Positions 53,527 to 62,534 of a DNA stretch of 64,000 bases are shown here, in pieces. A program made the position numbers and the translations under genes. Every line of letters starts with the position of its first letter. Position 1 is the first letter of the stretch. The notes under the pieces were generated by a model that worked only from the letters and a program-made list of their open reading frames with translations, ran no database searches and was not told where the DNA came from. This stretch comes from an uncultured Actinomycetota bacterium (GTDB lineage Bacteria > Actinomycetota > Actinomycetes > JAFAQI01). Location: contig CAVYQE010000001.1 in the NCBI GenBank assembly GCA_963770565.1, positions 1,152,001 to 1,216,000 on the forward strand, written 5' to 3'.

Positions 53527-53985
53527 ATGGACCTCAAAGGAAAGAAGGTCATTGCGCTCGGGGATCGCGACAGCGTTCCCGGTGAAGTGATCGCCGCGGT
53601 GGCGGAAGCCGCCGGTGCGGAAGTGGTGGCCCAACGAACGGAGTGCTTCGTTTGAACGGCTTCCGGCGCAATGGATCCGGAAAACCAGGCGTTGATCAAG
53701 CAGCTCGCAGCTGAGCTCGGCACCGAGGATCTTGTTGTCATCCTCGGAGCTGCCGACGCGGAGGCGGTCGAAGTGGCCGCCGAGACGGTGCGAGAGGGAG
53801 ATCCCGCGTACGTGGGTCCGTTGGCCGGAGTCCAGTTGGGACTCCAGGTTCTTCACATCTTCGAAGACTCGATCAAGGAGCAGGTCGAGGGGAGCGTCTA
53901 CGACGAGCAGGTCGGATTCTTCGAGCTGTCTTTCGACACCGAGGCGATCAACGAGGCGATGCGGCGGGCGCGCGGCGAGAGCTAG
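53527..53985 (+). CDS. grdA: Selenoprotein A of the reductase complex (Sec43, TGA 53653-53655)
   Basis: 'KKVIALGDRDSVPG...TECFV-U-TASGAMDPENQ...AAETV..GDP.YVGPLAGVQLGL'; CxxU motif; SD GAGGAGGTG. Confidence 0.95.
53661..53682 (+). promoter_or_regulatory. Candidate SECIS hairpin of grdA
   Basis: TTCCGG-CGCAATGGAT-CCGGAA, 5 nt after the UGA. Confidence 0.5.
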
Positions 53986-54100
53986 CGGCCCGACGTGACT
54001 CGGGATCCGACCCGGGTTCGCGGTCGTGCGCTGTTCCCCCTGATCTGCTCGGCGGCGCGGTCTTCATCGCTGCTCGTTGACGAAAGACAGGGGAGATCAA

Positions 54101-55219
54101 GTGTTGGCGGATCAGGATCGACTTCGCAGTGTGATCGACGACGTCGTTCGGCCGCACGCGGCCGATATCGACGTGAACGGCAAGTTCCCGCGCGATGCGG
54201 TGACCGCATTGGGCGAGCAGGGCATCCTTGGCCTGACCATCCCGGCGGATCTGGGTGGAGGTGGCGGCTCCCTGGCGGACGCCGCCGACGTGGTCCGGCA
54301 ACTGGCTGAGGTCTGCGGCTCCACCGCGATGGTCGTGCTCATGCACTACGCGGGCACCGTGCTCATCGACAACCACGGACCCGAGGACGTCCGCCGGGCG
54401 ATCGGCGCGGGTCGGCACTTGACCACGCTGGCGTTCTCTGAGCGCGGGTCGCGCAGCCACTTCTGGGCTCCGCAGAGTATGGCGACCGCGGTCGACCCGG
54501 GCGTGCGTCTCGACGCGCACAAGAGCTGGGTCACCTCCGCAGGCGAGGCGGACAGCTACGTCTGGTCGAGTCGGCCGCTGTCCGCGGACGGCCCGATGTC
54601 GCTCTGGCTGGTCCCGTCCGAGCTGGCCGGACTGACCGTGGGTGGCAGCTTCGACGGGCTCGGACTGCGCGGGAACGGTTCGGTGCCGGTGGAGGCCGAC
54701 AACGTCGTGATCCCGGCGGGCGCCGCGCTCGGCGCGGACGGAGCGGGCTTGGATCTCGCGCTCGCCGAGGTGCTCCCGTGGTTCCTCGTCATGAGTGCGG
54801 CGTTCAGCGTCGGTCTCATGGGTGCGGTCGTGGCCGAGACCGGTGGCCACTTGGTGTCGACCAGGTTGGAGCATCTCGACCAGTCACTCGCCGAACAACC
54901 TCTGACCAGGGTCGATCACGCCCGGATGCGAATCGCGACCGACCAGGCGGCCGCGCTCGTCTCGGACACCCTGACCGCGCTGGCAACGGGTCGCGAGGAT
55001 GCGATGCTGCGGGTGCTGGAGGTCAAGGCCGCGGCCGGCGAGGCAGCAGTGACGGTGACGGACCTCGCGATGAAGATCTGTGGCGGCGCCGCGTTCCGCA
55101 AGGAGCTCGGCATCGAGCGCCGGTTCCGCGACGCGCGAGCGGCCCGGGTGATGGCGCCGACCACCGACGCGCTGCTCGACTTCGTCGGTCGCGCGATCAA
55201 CGGGCTTCCGCTGCTATGA
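54101..55219 (+). CDS. Acyl-CoA dehydrogenase-fold flavoprotein lacking the usual C-terminal catalytic Glu
   Basis: 'LAFSE.GS', 'KSWVTS', 'GLGLRGN.S', 'CGGAAF', 'ERRFRDARAARVMAPT'; SD GGGGAG before GTG 54101. Confidence 0.88.
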   Translation: MLADQDRLRSVIDDVVRPHAADIDVNGKFPRDAVTALGEQGILGLTIPADLGGGGGSLADAADVVRQLAEVCGSTAMVVLMHYAGTVLIDNHGPEDVRRAIGAGRHLTTLAFSERGSRSHFWAPQSMATAVDPGVRLDAHKSWVTSAGEADSYVWSSRPLSADGPMSLWLVPSELAGLTVGGSFDGLGLRGNGSVPVEADNVVIPAGAALGADGAGLDLALAEVLPWFLVMSAAFSVGLMGAVVAETGGHLVSTRLEHLDQSLAEQPLTRVDHARMRIATDQAAALVSDTLTALATGREDAMLRVLEVKAAAGEAAVTVTDLAMKICGGAAFRKELGIERRFRDARAARVMAPTTDALLDFVGRAINGLPLL

Positions 55220-55310
55220 GCGAGTACCGAAGCGAAGCGAAGGTGGCTCGCTCCAATGTGATCAGCGACTCCGCACCGGTGCGCCCGTCAAGGGTGCACC
55301 AGTGAGCGAG
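55216..55310 (+). repeat. MIRU-like intercistronic element encoding a 29-aa coupling ORF
   Basis: TGAGCGAG direct repeats at 55217 and 55303; two hairpins; ORF 55216-55305 overlaps the flanking stop and start codons. Confidence 0.5.
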
Positions 55311-56123
55311 GTCGTGCTTGGTGCAGTGGCGTACGACGCCAAGGTCGTGACCATCTGGGACGGCTTCCGGCGCTGGTTGCGCGACCATGAGCTGGACCTC
55401 GACTACGTCCTCTACTCGAACTACGAGCGACAGGTCGAGGACCTGGTGGGCGGACGGATCGACACGGCGTGGAACTCGCCGCTCGCCTGGGTCCGGGCCC
55501 GGCGAATGGCGCCGGACGCGCAGGCCGTGCTGATGCGTGACACCGACCAGGACCTGACGTCGGTCGTCGTTGTTCGCTCCGACTCGGATATCGAGTCGGT
55601 CGACCAGATCGAGGGGCGGGTCGTCGCCACCGGCGCGGTCGACTCGCCTCAGGGCACGTTGCTTCCGCTGCAGCTTCTCGGCGACCTCGCGGTCAAGGTC
55701 GACCGCAACGAGGTCGGGGTCGGCCTGCACGGCGACCACATCGGCGGCGAACGTGACGCCGCCCGTGCGCTCGCGGCCGGCGATGTCGATGCCGCCTGCA
55801 TGGTCGACGCCAACCATCTGCTGTTCACCCGGGAGGGCATCCTGCCGTCGAACGGCACCCGGATCATCGCTCGGACCGAGCCGTACGACCACTGCAACAT
55901 GACCGTCATCGGCGAGAGCTCTCCGGCGATGGTGCGGTTCGTCGACCTGCTGCTCGGGATGGACTATGCCGACCCGACCGTCCGCCCGCTGCTCGACCTC
56001 GAAGGCCTGACCCGCTGGCAGCCCGGGCGGGTCAGTGGCTACGCGCAGCTGGAGAACGCGGTCGACCGGCTCGGTTTCTACGACGGATCGGGGCGTGTCA
56101 TCGCTCGTGACTATCGACCGTGA
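55302..56123 (+). CDS. PhnD/phosphonate-binding-fold protein without signal peptide
   Basis: 'LGAVAYD.KVVTIW', 'YSNYERQVE', 'AWNSPLAW', 'MRDTD', 'DSPQ', 'HGDHIGGE', 'YDHCN'. Confidence 0.8.
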   Translation: MSEVVLGAVAYDAKVVTIWDGFRRWLRDHELDLDYVLYSNYERQVEDLVGGRIDTAWNSPLAWVRARRMAPDAQAVLMRDTDQDLTSVVVVRSDSDIESVDQIEGRVVATGAVDSPQGTLLPLQLLGDLAVKVDRNEVGVGLHGDHIGGERDAARALAAGDVDAACMVDANHLLFTREGILPSNGTRIIARTEPYDHCNMTVIGESSPAMVRFVDLLLGMDYADPTVRPLLDLEGLTRWQPGRVSGYAQLENAVDRLGFYDGSGRVIARDYRP

Positions 56124-57279
56124 GGTGGATCTCGCCGCCCTCGGCCTCGACGGCGGCGGACATCTGATTCTCGACCGGGCGCTGGCCGGCATGGCGGCCG
56201 GTCAGCGTCTGCGGGTGCGCGGCCGCTCGCCGCACCTGCCGGTCCACCTTGCGGTATGGGCTCGCGCCCGGGGTCACCCGATGGCGGATCCGGACGTGGT
56301 GATTCGCGGCGACGTCGCCGACCGCCGGCTGGCCGGCGCCGAGCGGGCCGGCCAGGTCGACCACGTCGCGGACCGGGCCCCGCGCTCGTGGGGGCTGGCG
56401 GCTCGTGGTGCCCTGGTCGAGTTGGGCGGCCCTCCGCTCGCGCTCACCGACCTCGACACCCGCGACGAGGTGTGGACTGACCTCGCGCCCAAGCTCTACG
56501 CCCGCGCGGCCGCCTCGCAGTGGGACCCGGAGCGGGCCATCGACTGGACGCCGCCGGATCTGCCCGAGGACGTCGAGACCGCCGTCGTACAGCTCATGAC
56601 CTACCTGATCGAGAACGAGCAAGCCGCGCTGATCGTGCCCAGCCGATTCCTGGCCCGGATGCATCCGCACTACCGCGAGTCGATGCAGTTCCTGGCGACG
56701 CAGATCGCCGACGAGGCGCGGCACGTCGAGGTGTTCACCCGGCGCGCGCAGCTGACCGGCCACCCGCTCGGGGTGTCCGGGAGCGGCGGCCGGGCGTCAT
56801 TGCAGACCCTCCTCGACGAGCCCGAGTGGGCGACCGCGTCGTTCCTGCTGTCCGCGCTCGGCGAGGGCACCTTCCTCTCGCTGCTGACCTTCCTCGGCCG
56901 CTGGGCCCCGGACCCGTTGACCGCGCGGATTGCCGCCCTCGTAGTTCAGGACGAGTCTCGGCATGTGGCGTTCGCCCTCGGTCACCTCCGCGAGCACGTG
57001 CGTGCCGATCCCAATCTGCGCGACCGGCTGCGGCTTGCCGTCGAACGCCGGCATGACGCGCTCGCGCACACCGCCGGTCTCGCTCCGCATGTCCACGATG
57101 CGTTGGTCGTCATCGCCGCCGGGTCGTGGGAGCCCGACGCGATCGCCATCGGATGGGAACGGGTCCGCGGGCTCGAGGCGGAGATGGATGAAGGACGCCG
57201 ACGCCGGCTGGTCGGCCTCGGCTTCAGCGATGCGCAGGCGGCGGAGCTCTCTTCGTTGCACAGCCGGAACTTCATGTAG
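56107..57279 (+). CDS. Ferritin-like di-iron protein with N-terminal TusA/SirA-like domain
   Basis: 'ENE', 'DEARH', 'GEG.F', 'DESRH' di-iron ligands; 'QWDP..AIDW'; N-terminal 'ALAGMAAGQRLRV...WAR..GH'. Confidence 0.8.
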   Translation: MTIDREVDLAALGLDGGGHLILDRALAGMAAGQRLRVRGRSPHLPVHLAVWARARGHPMADPDVVIRGDVADRRLAGAERAGQVDHVADRAPRSWGLAARGALVELGGPPLALTDLDTRDEVWTDLAPKLYARAAASQWDPERAIDWTPPDLPEDVETAVVQLMTYLIENEQAALIVPSRFLARMHPHYRESMQFLATQIADEARHVEVFTRRAQLTGHPLGVSGSGGRASLQTLLDEPEWATASFLLSALGEGTFLSLLTFLGRWAPDPLTARIAALVVQDESRHVAFALGHLREHVRADPNLRDRLRLAVERRHDALAHTAGLAPHVHDALVVIAAGSWEPDAIAIGWERVRGLEAEMDEGRRRRLVGLGFSDAQAAELSSLHSRNFM

Positions 57280-57290
57280 GCATTGGAGTG

Positions 57291-59087
57291 ATGATCGAGG
57301 TCCGCGAACCCGGTACGACGACTGCTGCCGTGCGCGTCGTCGGGACGGCCGGGCATGTCGACCACGGCAAGTCCACTCTCGTGCGGTACCTCACCGGCAC
57401 CGACCCGGACCGCCTCGCCGAGGAGCGGCGGCGCGGCCTCACGATCGACCTCGGCTTCGCGTCGATGATGCTCCCGTCCGGTGTCGAGGTCGGTTTCGTC
57501 GATGTTCCCGGTCACGGCCGGTTCGTCAAGAACATGCTCGCCGGCGTCGGCGCGATCGACGCTTGCGTGTTCGTGGTCGCGGCGAACGAGGGCTGGATGC
57601 CGCAGTCCGAAGAGCACCTGCGGATCCTCGAGCTGCTCGGGATCGCGCACGGGCTGGTGTGCGTCACGAAGGTGGGTCTCGTTGATGACGACGATCTCCA
57701 GCTCGCGCGGATGGAGATCGCCGAGCGGGTAGCGGGGACGTTCCTCTCGGGCGCGGAGGTCGTCGCGGTCGATGTCGAGGCGGGCGTTGGTCTGGACGGC
57801 CCGGAGGGCCTGCGGGCCGCCCTCGAGCGTTTGATCGAGCACACGCCGGCCGCGCCCGACCACGACCGGCCGAGGCTGCACATCGACCGGTCGTTCGCGT
57901 TGGCCGGCGCGGGGACGGTCGTGACCGGCACGTTGACCGGCGGGTCGGTGCGGGTGGGCGACCGGCTCGTGATCGAGCCGGGCGGCACGGCGGTGCGCGT
58001 CCGCGGCCTGCACGGGCACGGCCGAGAGCTCGAGGTCGCGGCGCCTGGTCGCCGCCTCGCACTGAGCCTTTCGGGCGTCGCCCATCGCGACGTACATCGC
58101 GGCCAGGCCTTGGTCCGTGCGGGGCAGTGGCGGCCGACCAAGCGCGTCGACGCTTCGCTCGCGGTGCTGTCCGGCCTCGCGCATCCGGTGACCCGTCGCG
58201 GGGCTTACGTCGCGCACATCGGCGCGGGGGAGTACCCGGTGTCGTCGCTCTCGCTGCTCTCCGGCCGATCGGAGATCGAACCCGGAGACACCGGTCTGGT
58301 CCGGTTGCGCCTGCCGACCGCGCTGCCGCTCGTGCCGGGCGACCGGTACGTGCTGCGCGAGTCCGGTCGCGGCGAGACCGTCGGAGGCGGCGAGATCCTC
58401 GACATCGCTCCGATCCTGCCGCCGTCGAAGGCCGCGCCGAGCCGATCGGTCGAGCGGGTCGTGCGCGAGCGCGGTCACGTCGACGTGGACGAGCTCGAGC
58501 GGCTGACCGGCGTACGGCGAACGCCCAACCTCGGGCATTGGCTGGTCGACGACGCTGCGCTGGTCGCGGCGCGGCGCGCGGTTCGGGCCGCGGTCGACGA
58601 GGCAGAGCACGCGGGGGTCGACCTGGCGGCGCTGACCGAGGTCGAGCGGGCCGCGGTGCCATCGGTGGACGGCATCGTCGTGATCGGCAACACCGTCTAC
58701 TCCGCGGAGATCGCTGCGGCCGGGCCGAGTCATGGGCAGACGGCGTACCTGGCTGCTCTGGAGGCCGCTCCGTTCTCACCACCGCCGCCGGAACGCCTCG
58801 ATCGCTCGGAACTGCGTGCGCTCGAGCGCGACGGGCTGGTCGTGCACAGCGAGGACGTGTGGTTCGCGTCCTCCGCGATCGAGGAGGCGGCGGGCATCAT
58901 CGCCGGCCTTCTTCAGGACAACGACGACGGCTTGACCGTCTCGACCATTCGCGCGGCGCTCGGAACGACCCGCCGGTACGTCGTCCCGCTGCTCGCGCAC
59001 CTGGACTCGACCGGCGTCACCCGACGTCGTGAGGATCGCCGCTTCGCGGGTCCGCGACTGCCCGACCTCGAATCGGAGGCTGAATAG
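57291..59087 (+). CDS. selB: Selenocysteine-specific elongation factor
   Basis: 'TAGHVDHGKS', 'EERRRGLTIDLGF', 'DVPGH.RFVKNM.AG', C-terminal winged helix 'TRRYVVPLL..LD'. Confidence 0.95.
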   Translation: MIEVREPGTTTAAVRVVGTAGHVDHGKSTLVRYLTGTDPDRLAEERRRGLTIDLGFASMMLPSGVEVGFVDVPGHGRFVKNMLAGVGAIDACVFVVAANEGWMPQSEEHLRILELLGIAHGLVCVTKVGLVDDDDLQLARMEIAERVAGTFLSGAEVVAVDVEAGVGLDGPEGLRAALERLIEHTPAAPDHDRPRLHIDRSFALAGAGTVVTGTLTGGSVRVGDRLVIEPGGTAVRVRGLHGHGRELEVAAPGRRLALSLSGVAHRDVHRGQALVRAGQWRPTKRVDASLAVLSGLAHPVTRRGAYVAHIGAGEYPVSSLSLLSGRSEIEPGDTGLVRLRLPTALPLVPGDRYVLRESGRGETVGGGEILDIAPILPPSKAAPSRSVERVVRERGHVDVDELERLTGVRRTPNLGHWLVDDAALVAARRAVRAAVDEAEHAGVDLAALTEVERAAVPSVDGIVVIGNTVYSAEIAAAGPSHGQTAYLAALEAAPFSPPPPERLDRSELRALERDGLVVHSEDVWFASSAIEEAAGIIAGLLQDNDDGLTVSTIRAALGTTRRYVVPLLAHLDSTGVTRRREDRRFAGPRLPDLESEAE

Positions 59088-59088
59088 C

Positions 59089-60135
59089 ATGACGACCGTG
59101 TCGTCCCCGACCGCAGAGCCGTCGCTGGACCTGACTGATCTCAAGCTGACCGAGTGGACCGCGTGTGGCGGTTGTGCGGCGAAGTGGGGCGGCGCACCGC
59201 TGGCGGACCTGGTCCGCGGCCTGGCTAACGACGCCGAAACGCGCGACCTTCTGGTCGGCCTGGCGCCGTTCGACGATGCCGCGGTCTACCGGATCTCGGA
59301 CGATGTCGCGCTGGTGTCGACGACCGACTTCTTCCCGCCGCTCGTCGACGACCCGGCGGACTTCGGCGCGATCGCGGCGGCGAACGCCTGCAGCGACGTG
59401 TTCGCGATGGGCGGCCGGGTCATCCTCGCGCTCAACATCTCGGCATTCCCGGAGCAGCTGCCCGAGCCGGCGATCGCGGCGATCCTCTCCGCGGCGTCGG
59501 AGAAGGTGGTCGAAGCGGGCGGCGTCGTAGCGGGTGGCCACACGATCCGCTCGACCGAGCCGATCTTCGGCCTCGCCGTGCAGGGCATCGTCCACCCGGA
59601 CCGGATCCTGCGAAAGTCAGGCGCGCAGCCAGGCGATGTTCTCGGGCTGTCGAAGCCGCTCGGTACCGGCATTGTGCTGGCCGGCGGGTCGGCGGAGGAC
59701 AAGGCGGCCGCGACCACCGGGATGCGCGCGCTCAACCGCGCCGCCTCGGAAGCGCTGGCCGACCTGGGCCCGGTGGTGCATGCGCTCACCGATGTCACCG
59801 GCTACGGCTTGTTCGGGCACGCCTTCGAGATCGCCCAGCGGTCGGCGGTGGGCGTGGTGATCCAGGGTTCGGCGCTGCCGCTGTATCCGGGCGCCCGCGA
59901 GGTGGCCGCCGCGGGCGTGCGAACCGGCGGAGATCCGCGCAACCGCAGCTACCTCGCCGGCCACGTGACCTCGCGCGCCGACGAGGCGGTCGAGGCGCTG
60001 GCCTTCGACCCGCAGACCTCCGGTGGCCTGCTCTGCGCGGTGGCGCCAGGGGCAGCTGGCGACCTGGCCGCGATCGGGTTCGAGATCGTCGGCGAGATCG
60101 TCGCGGGACCCGCGATGGTCAGGCTCGAGCCGTGA
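59089..60135 (+). CDS. selD: Selenide, water dikinase (Cys-type)
   Basis: 'GGCAAK', 'DDAAVY', 'DFFPP.VDDP..FG.IAAANA.SDVFAMGG', 'GGHT', 'DVTGYGL.GH', 'DPQTSGGLL'. Confidence 0.96.
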   Translation: MTTVSSPTAEPSLDLTDLKLTEWTACGGCAAKWGGAPLADLVRGLANDAETRDLLVGLAPFDDAAVYRISDDVALVSTTDFFPPLVDDPADFGAIAAANACSDVFAMGGRVILALNISAFPEQLPEPAIAAILSAASEKVVEAGGVVAGGHTIRSTEPIFGLAVQGIVHPDRILRKSGAQPGDVLGLSKPLGTGIVLAGGSAEDKAAATTGMRALNRAASEALADLGPVVHALTDVTGYGLFGHAFEIAQRSAVGVVIQGSALPLYPGAREVAAAGVRTGGDPRNRSYLAGHVTSRADEAVEALAFDPQTSGGLLCAVAPGAAGDLAAIGFEIVGEIVAGPAMVRLEP

Positions 60136-61412
60136 GGCCGCCGTCCGTCGACGCGCTCGCCCGGTCGATCACGGGGGTGGCGCTGCCGGATGCCCTGCTC
60201 GTCGAAGCCGCGCGCGAGGCGATCGCTGCCGGCGATCCCGACTCCGCCCAGCGGCGCGCCGAGGCGATCGCAACCGCGCTGTTGCAGCCGGTCATCAACG
60301 CGACCGGTGTCCTGTTGCACACCAACCTCGGCCGGGCGCCGCTCGCGGTCCGGCAGGAGGCGCGCTACACGAACCTCGAGCTCGACCTCGACTCCGGCCG
60401 GCGCGGCTCCCGGCACGCGCATGCGGCGCGGCTGGCCGCGACGGCGTGCGGTGCCGAGGCCGCGTTGATCGTCAACAACGGCGCCTCCGCCGTACTGCTC
60501 GCCCTCACCGCCCTCGCAGCCGGACGACGGGTGCTGGTGAGCCGCAGCGAGCTGGTCGAGATCGGCGGCGGCTTCCGGATCCCCGACGTGCTGCGCGCCT
60601 CGGGTGCCGAGCTGGTCGAGATCGGTACGACGAACCGCACCCGGAAGTCCGACTACGAGTCAGCCGCGGTCGGCGCAGACGTCGCGCTGATCCTGAAGGT
60701 GCACCAGTCCAACTTCCGGATCCAGGGCTTCACGGAGTCGGCGACCCTGGCTGAGCTGGCGACGCTCGGCCCGCCGGTCGTCTACGACATCGGGTCGGGA
60801 CTGCTGGATGCCGCGACGCCGTGGTTGCCTGGTGGGCCGCCGCCCTGGCTTGCGGATGAGCCGGCCGCGCGCCAGTCGCTCGCTGGGGGCGCCGCGCTCG
60901 TGACGTTCTCCGGCGACAAGCTGCTCGGCGGGCCGCAGGCCGGCGTGATCGCCGGCGATGCGGAGCTGATCGCGCGGTGCAGCCGGCATCCGCTTTACCG
61001 CGCGTTGCGGCCCGGACAGCTGGTCTTGTCCGCGCTGCAGGACGTGTTCCTCGCGTACCTGCGCCGTGACCCGGCCGCCATCCCGTTCTGGGCGATGGCG
61101 TCGCTGACCGCCGACGAGCTCCTCGAGCGGGCGCGCGCACTCGGCGTCGGCGAGCCGGTCCGGTGCGAGTCGGTCGCGGGCGGCGGATCTCTGCCTGGCT
61201 TGACGATTCCCTCGGCCGGCGTTGCGATCGACGGCGATCGAACTGCGGCGCTGCGGCACGGCGCAGTGCCGGTGATCGCCCGCGTCCACGCCGGGCGCAC
61301 CGTGTTGGACCTGCGGACGGTCGCCCCCGCGGACGACGTCGTCGTCAAGTCCGCGGTGGCGGCCGCTCTGCACTCCGACACCGACCCTGCCACTGACACT
61401 GGGGGAGCCTGA
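60132..61412 (+). CDS. selA: L-seryl-tRNA(Sec) selenium transferase
   Basis: 'VINATGVLLHTNLGRAPL', 'ELVEIGGGFRIPD', 'GTTNRT', 'FSGDKLLGGPQAG'. Confidence 0.96.
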   Translation: MRPPSVDALARSITGVALPDALLVEAAREAIAAGDPDSAQRRAEAIATALLQPVINATGVLLHTNLGRAPLAVRQEARYTNLELDLDSGRRGSRHAHAARLAATACGAEAALIVNNGASAVLLALTALAAGRRVLVSRSELVEIGGGFRIPDVLRASGAELVEIGTTNRTRKSDYESAAVGADVALILKVHQSNFRIQGFTESATLAELATLGPPVVYDIGSGLLDAATPWLPGGPPPWLADEPAARQSLAGGAALVTFSGDKLLGGPQAGVIAGDAELIARCSRHPLYRALRPGQLVLSALQDVFLAYLRRDPAAIPFWAMASLTADELLERARALGVGEPVRCESVAGGGSLPGLTIPSAGVAIDGDRTAALRHGAVPVIARVHAGRTVLDLRTVAPADDVVVKSAVAAALHSDTDPATDTGGA

Positions 61413-62527
61413 TGGGACCGGTCGTTCGCGTCGAGGTCATGGCGGTCGGACCGTCGATGCCGCCGGTGCAATACACGGGTACTGCGCCGCCGGCGCTCGA
61501 CACGATGACGCTCGTCGTGCTGACCGACGAGGACGGCACGGTCGGCATGGCGAGCTACGACGCGGACAGTTACGACCATCACGACCTGGCCTCGATGGAG
61601 GCGCTGCGCGCGCCGGCCCGCGCAGTGCTCGGCCAGGATCCGCTCGACCGGTTGCGGATCGGCGCGGAGATCGCCGCGCTGCGACCGACGCCGGTGACCG
61701 CACCAGGGCCGGTGTCGGCGATCGAGACGGCATTGTGGGACCTCGCCGCCAAGGCGGCGAACCAGCCGCTGTCCCGTTACCTCGGCGGCGCCCGCGACCG
61801 CATCCCGGGGTATGCCTCGCTTCCGGTGTGCGACACCGTCGACGGCTGCCTCGAGCTGGTCGGCGAGGCGCAGGCAGCCGGTTTCGGTTGCGTGAAGCTG
61901 CACGTGTCCGGCGACCCGCGCGCGGACGCGGTCCTCGCCGAACGGGTGCGGGCCGCCTTTTCCGACCTCGAGGTCATGTGGGACGCCGAGGGCGTCTACG
62001 ACCGGCCGGGTGCGGCGTACGTCGCGGCCGCGCTGGACGCGATCGAAGCGCGTTGGTTCGAGGCGCCGCTGCCCGACCAGGACCTGTCCGGCTATCGGGA
62101 GCTTCGCCGGCGCTTCGGCGTGCCGCTGATTCCGGCCGGCGACTTCTTCTGGGACCTCCGCGCGCTCGGCGAGGTGCTCCGCGACCCGCCCTGGGATGCG
62201 ATCCGCTCCGAGGCCAGCGCGGGCGGCGGGATCGGCTACCTGGTCCGGCTCGCCGGGCTGGCCGAGGCCTTCGGCCTGCAGACCGAGCTCGCCACCTATG
62301 GCTTCGGGTTCACGCAGGCGGCCAACCTGCACGTGATGCTCGGCCTCGGCAGCGGAAGCTACTTCGAGCAGCCGTTCCCGGCCGAGCCGTGGACCTTCGG
62401 GCTGAGCGACCCGTATCCATTCGGGTACGGCGCTGAGTACCACGCGCCGGACGCGCCGGGCCTCGGCGTACCCGTAGATCTCGCGTTGATCGAGCCAGCG
62501 GTGGTGGCGAGGTTCGTCGTCCAATAG
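61412..62527 (+). CDS. Mandelate racemase/muconate lactonizing enzyme (enolase superfamily)
   Basis: 'ETALWDL.AK...PL...LGG', KLH, 'WDAE', 'FEAP', 'PGLGV'; ATG overlaps selA stop. Confidence 0.88.
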   Translation: MGPVVRVEVMAVGPSMPPVQYTGTAPPALDTMTLVVLTDEDGTVGMASYDADSYDHHDLASMEALRAPARAVLGQDPLDRLRIGAEIAALRPTPVTAPGPVSAIETALWDLAAKAANQPLSRYLGGARDRIPGYASLPVCDTVDGCLELVGEAQAAGFGCVKLHVSGDPRADAVLAERVRAAFSDLEVMWDAEGVYDRPGAAYVAAALDAIEARWFEAPLPDQDLSGYRELRRRFGVPLIPAGDFFWDLRALGEVLRDPPWDAIRSEASAGGGIGYLVRLAGLAEAFGLQTELATYGFGFTQAANLHVMLGLGSGSYFEQPFPAEPWTFGLSDPYPFGYGAEYHAPDAPGLGVPVDLALIEPAVVARFVVQ

Positions 62528-62534
62528 CCGGCTA

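Noticed and set aside
51571-53655. grdB and grdA as nonsense pseudogenes
   Set aside because: The TGAs fall exactly at the known Sec positions, with hairpins downstream and selABCD in the locus
53986-54100. Riboswitch in the grdA-ACAD spacer (CCCCTG could pair with the SD region CAGGGG)
   Set aside because: Only about 6 bp and no recognisable aptamer; not distinguishable from chance
59140-59190. SelD as a selenoprotein
   Set aside because: Active site is encoded by TGT (GGCAAK); no in-frame TGA
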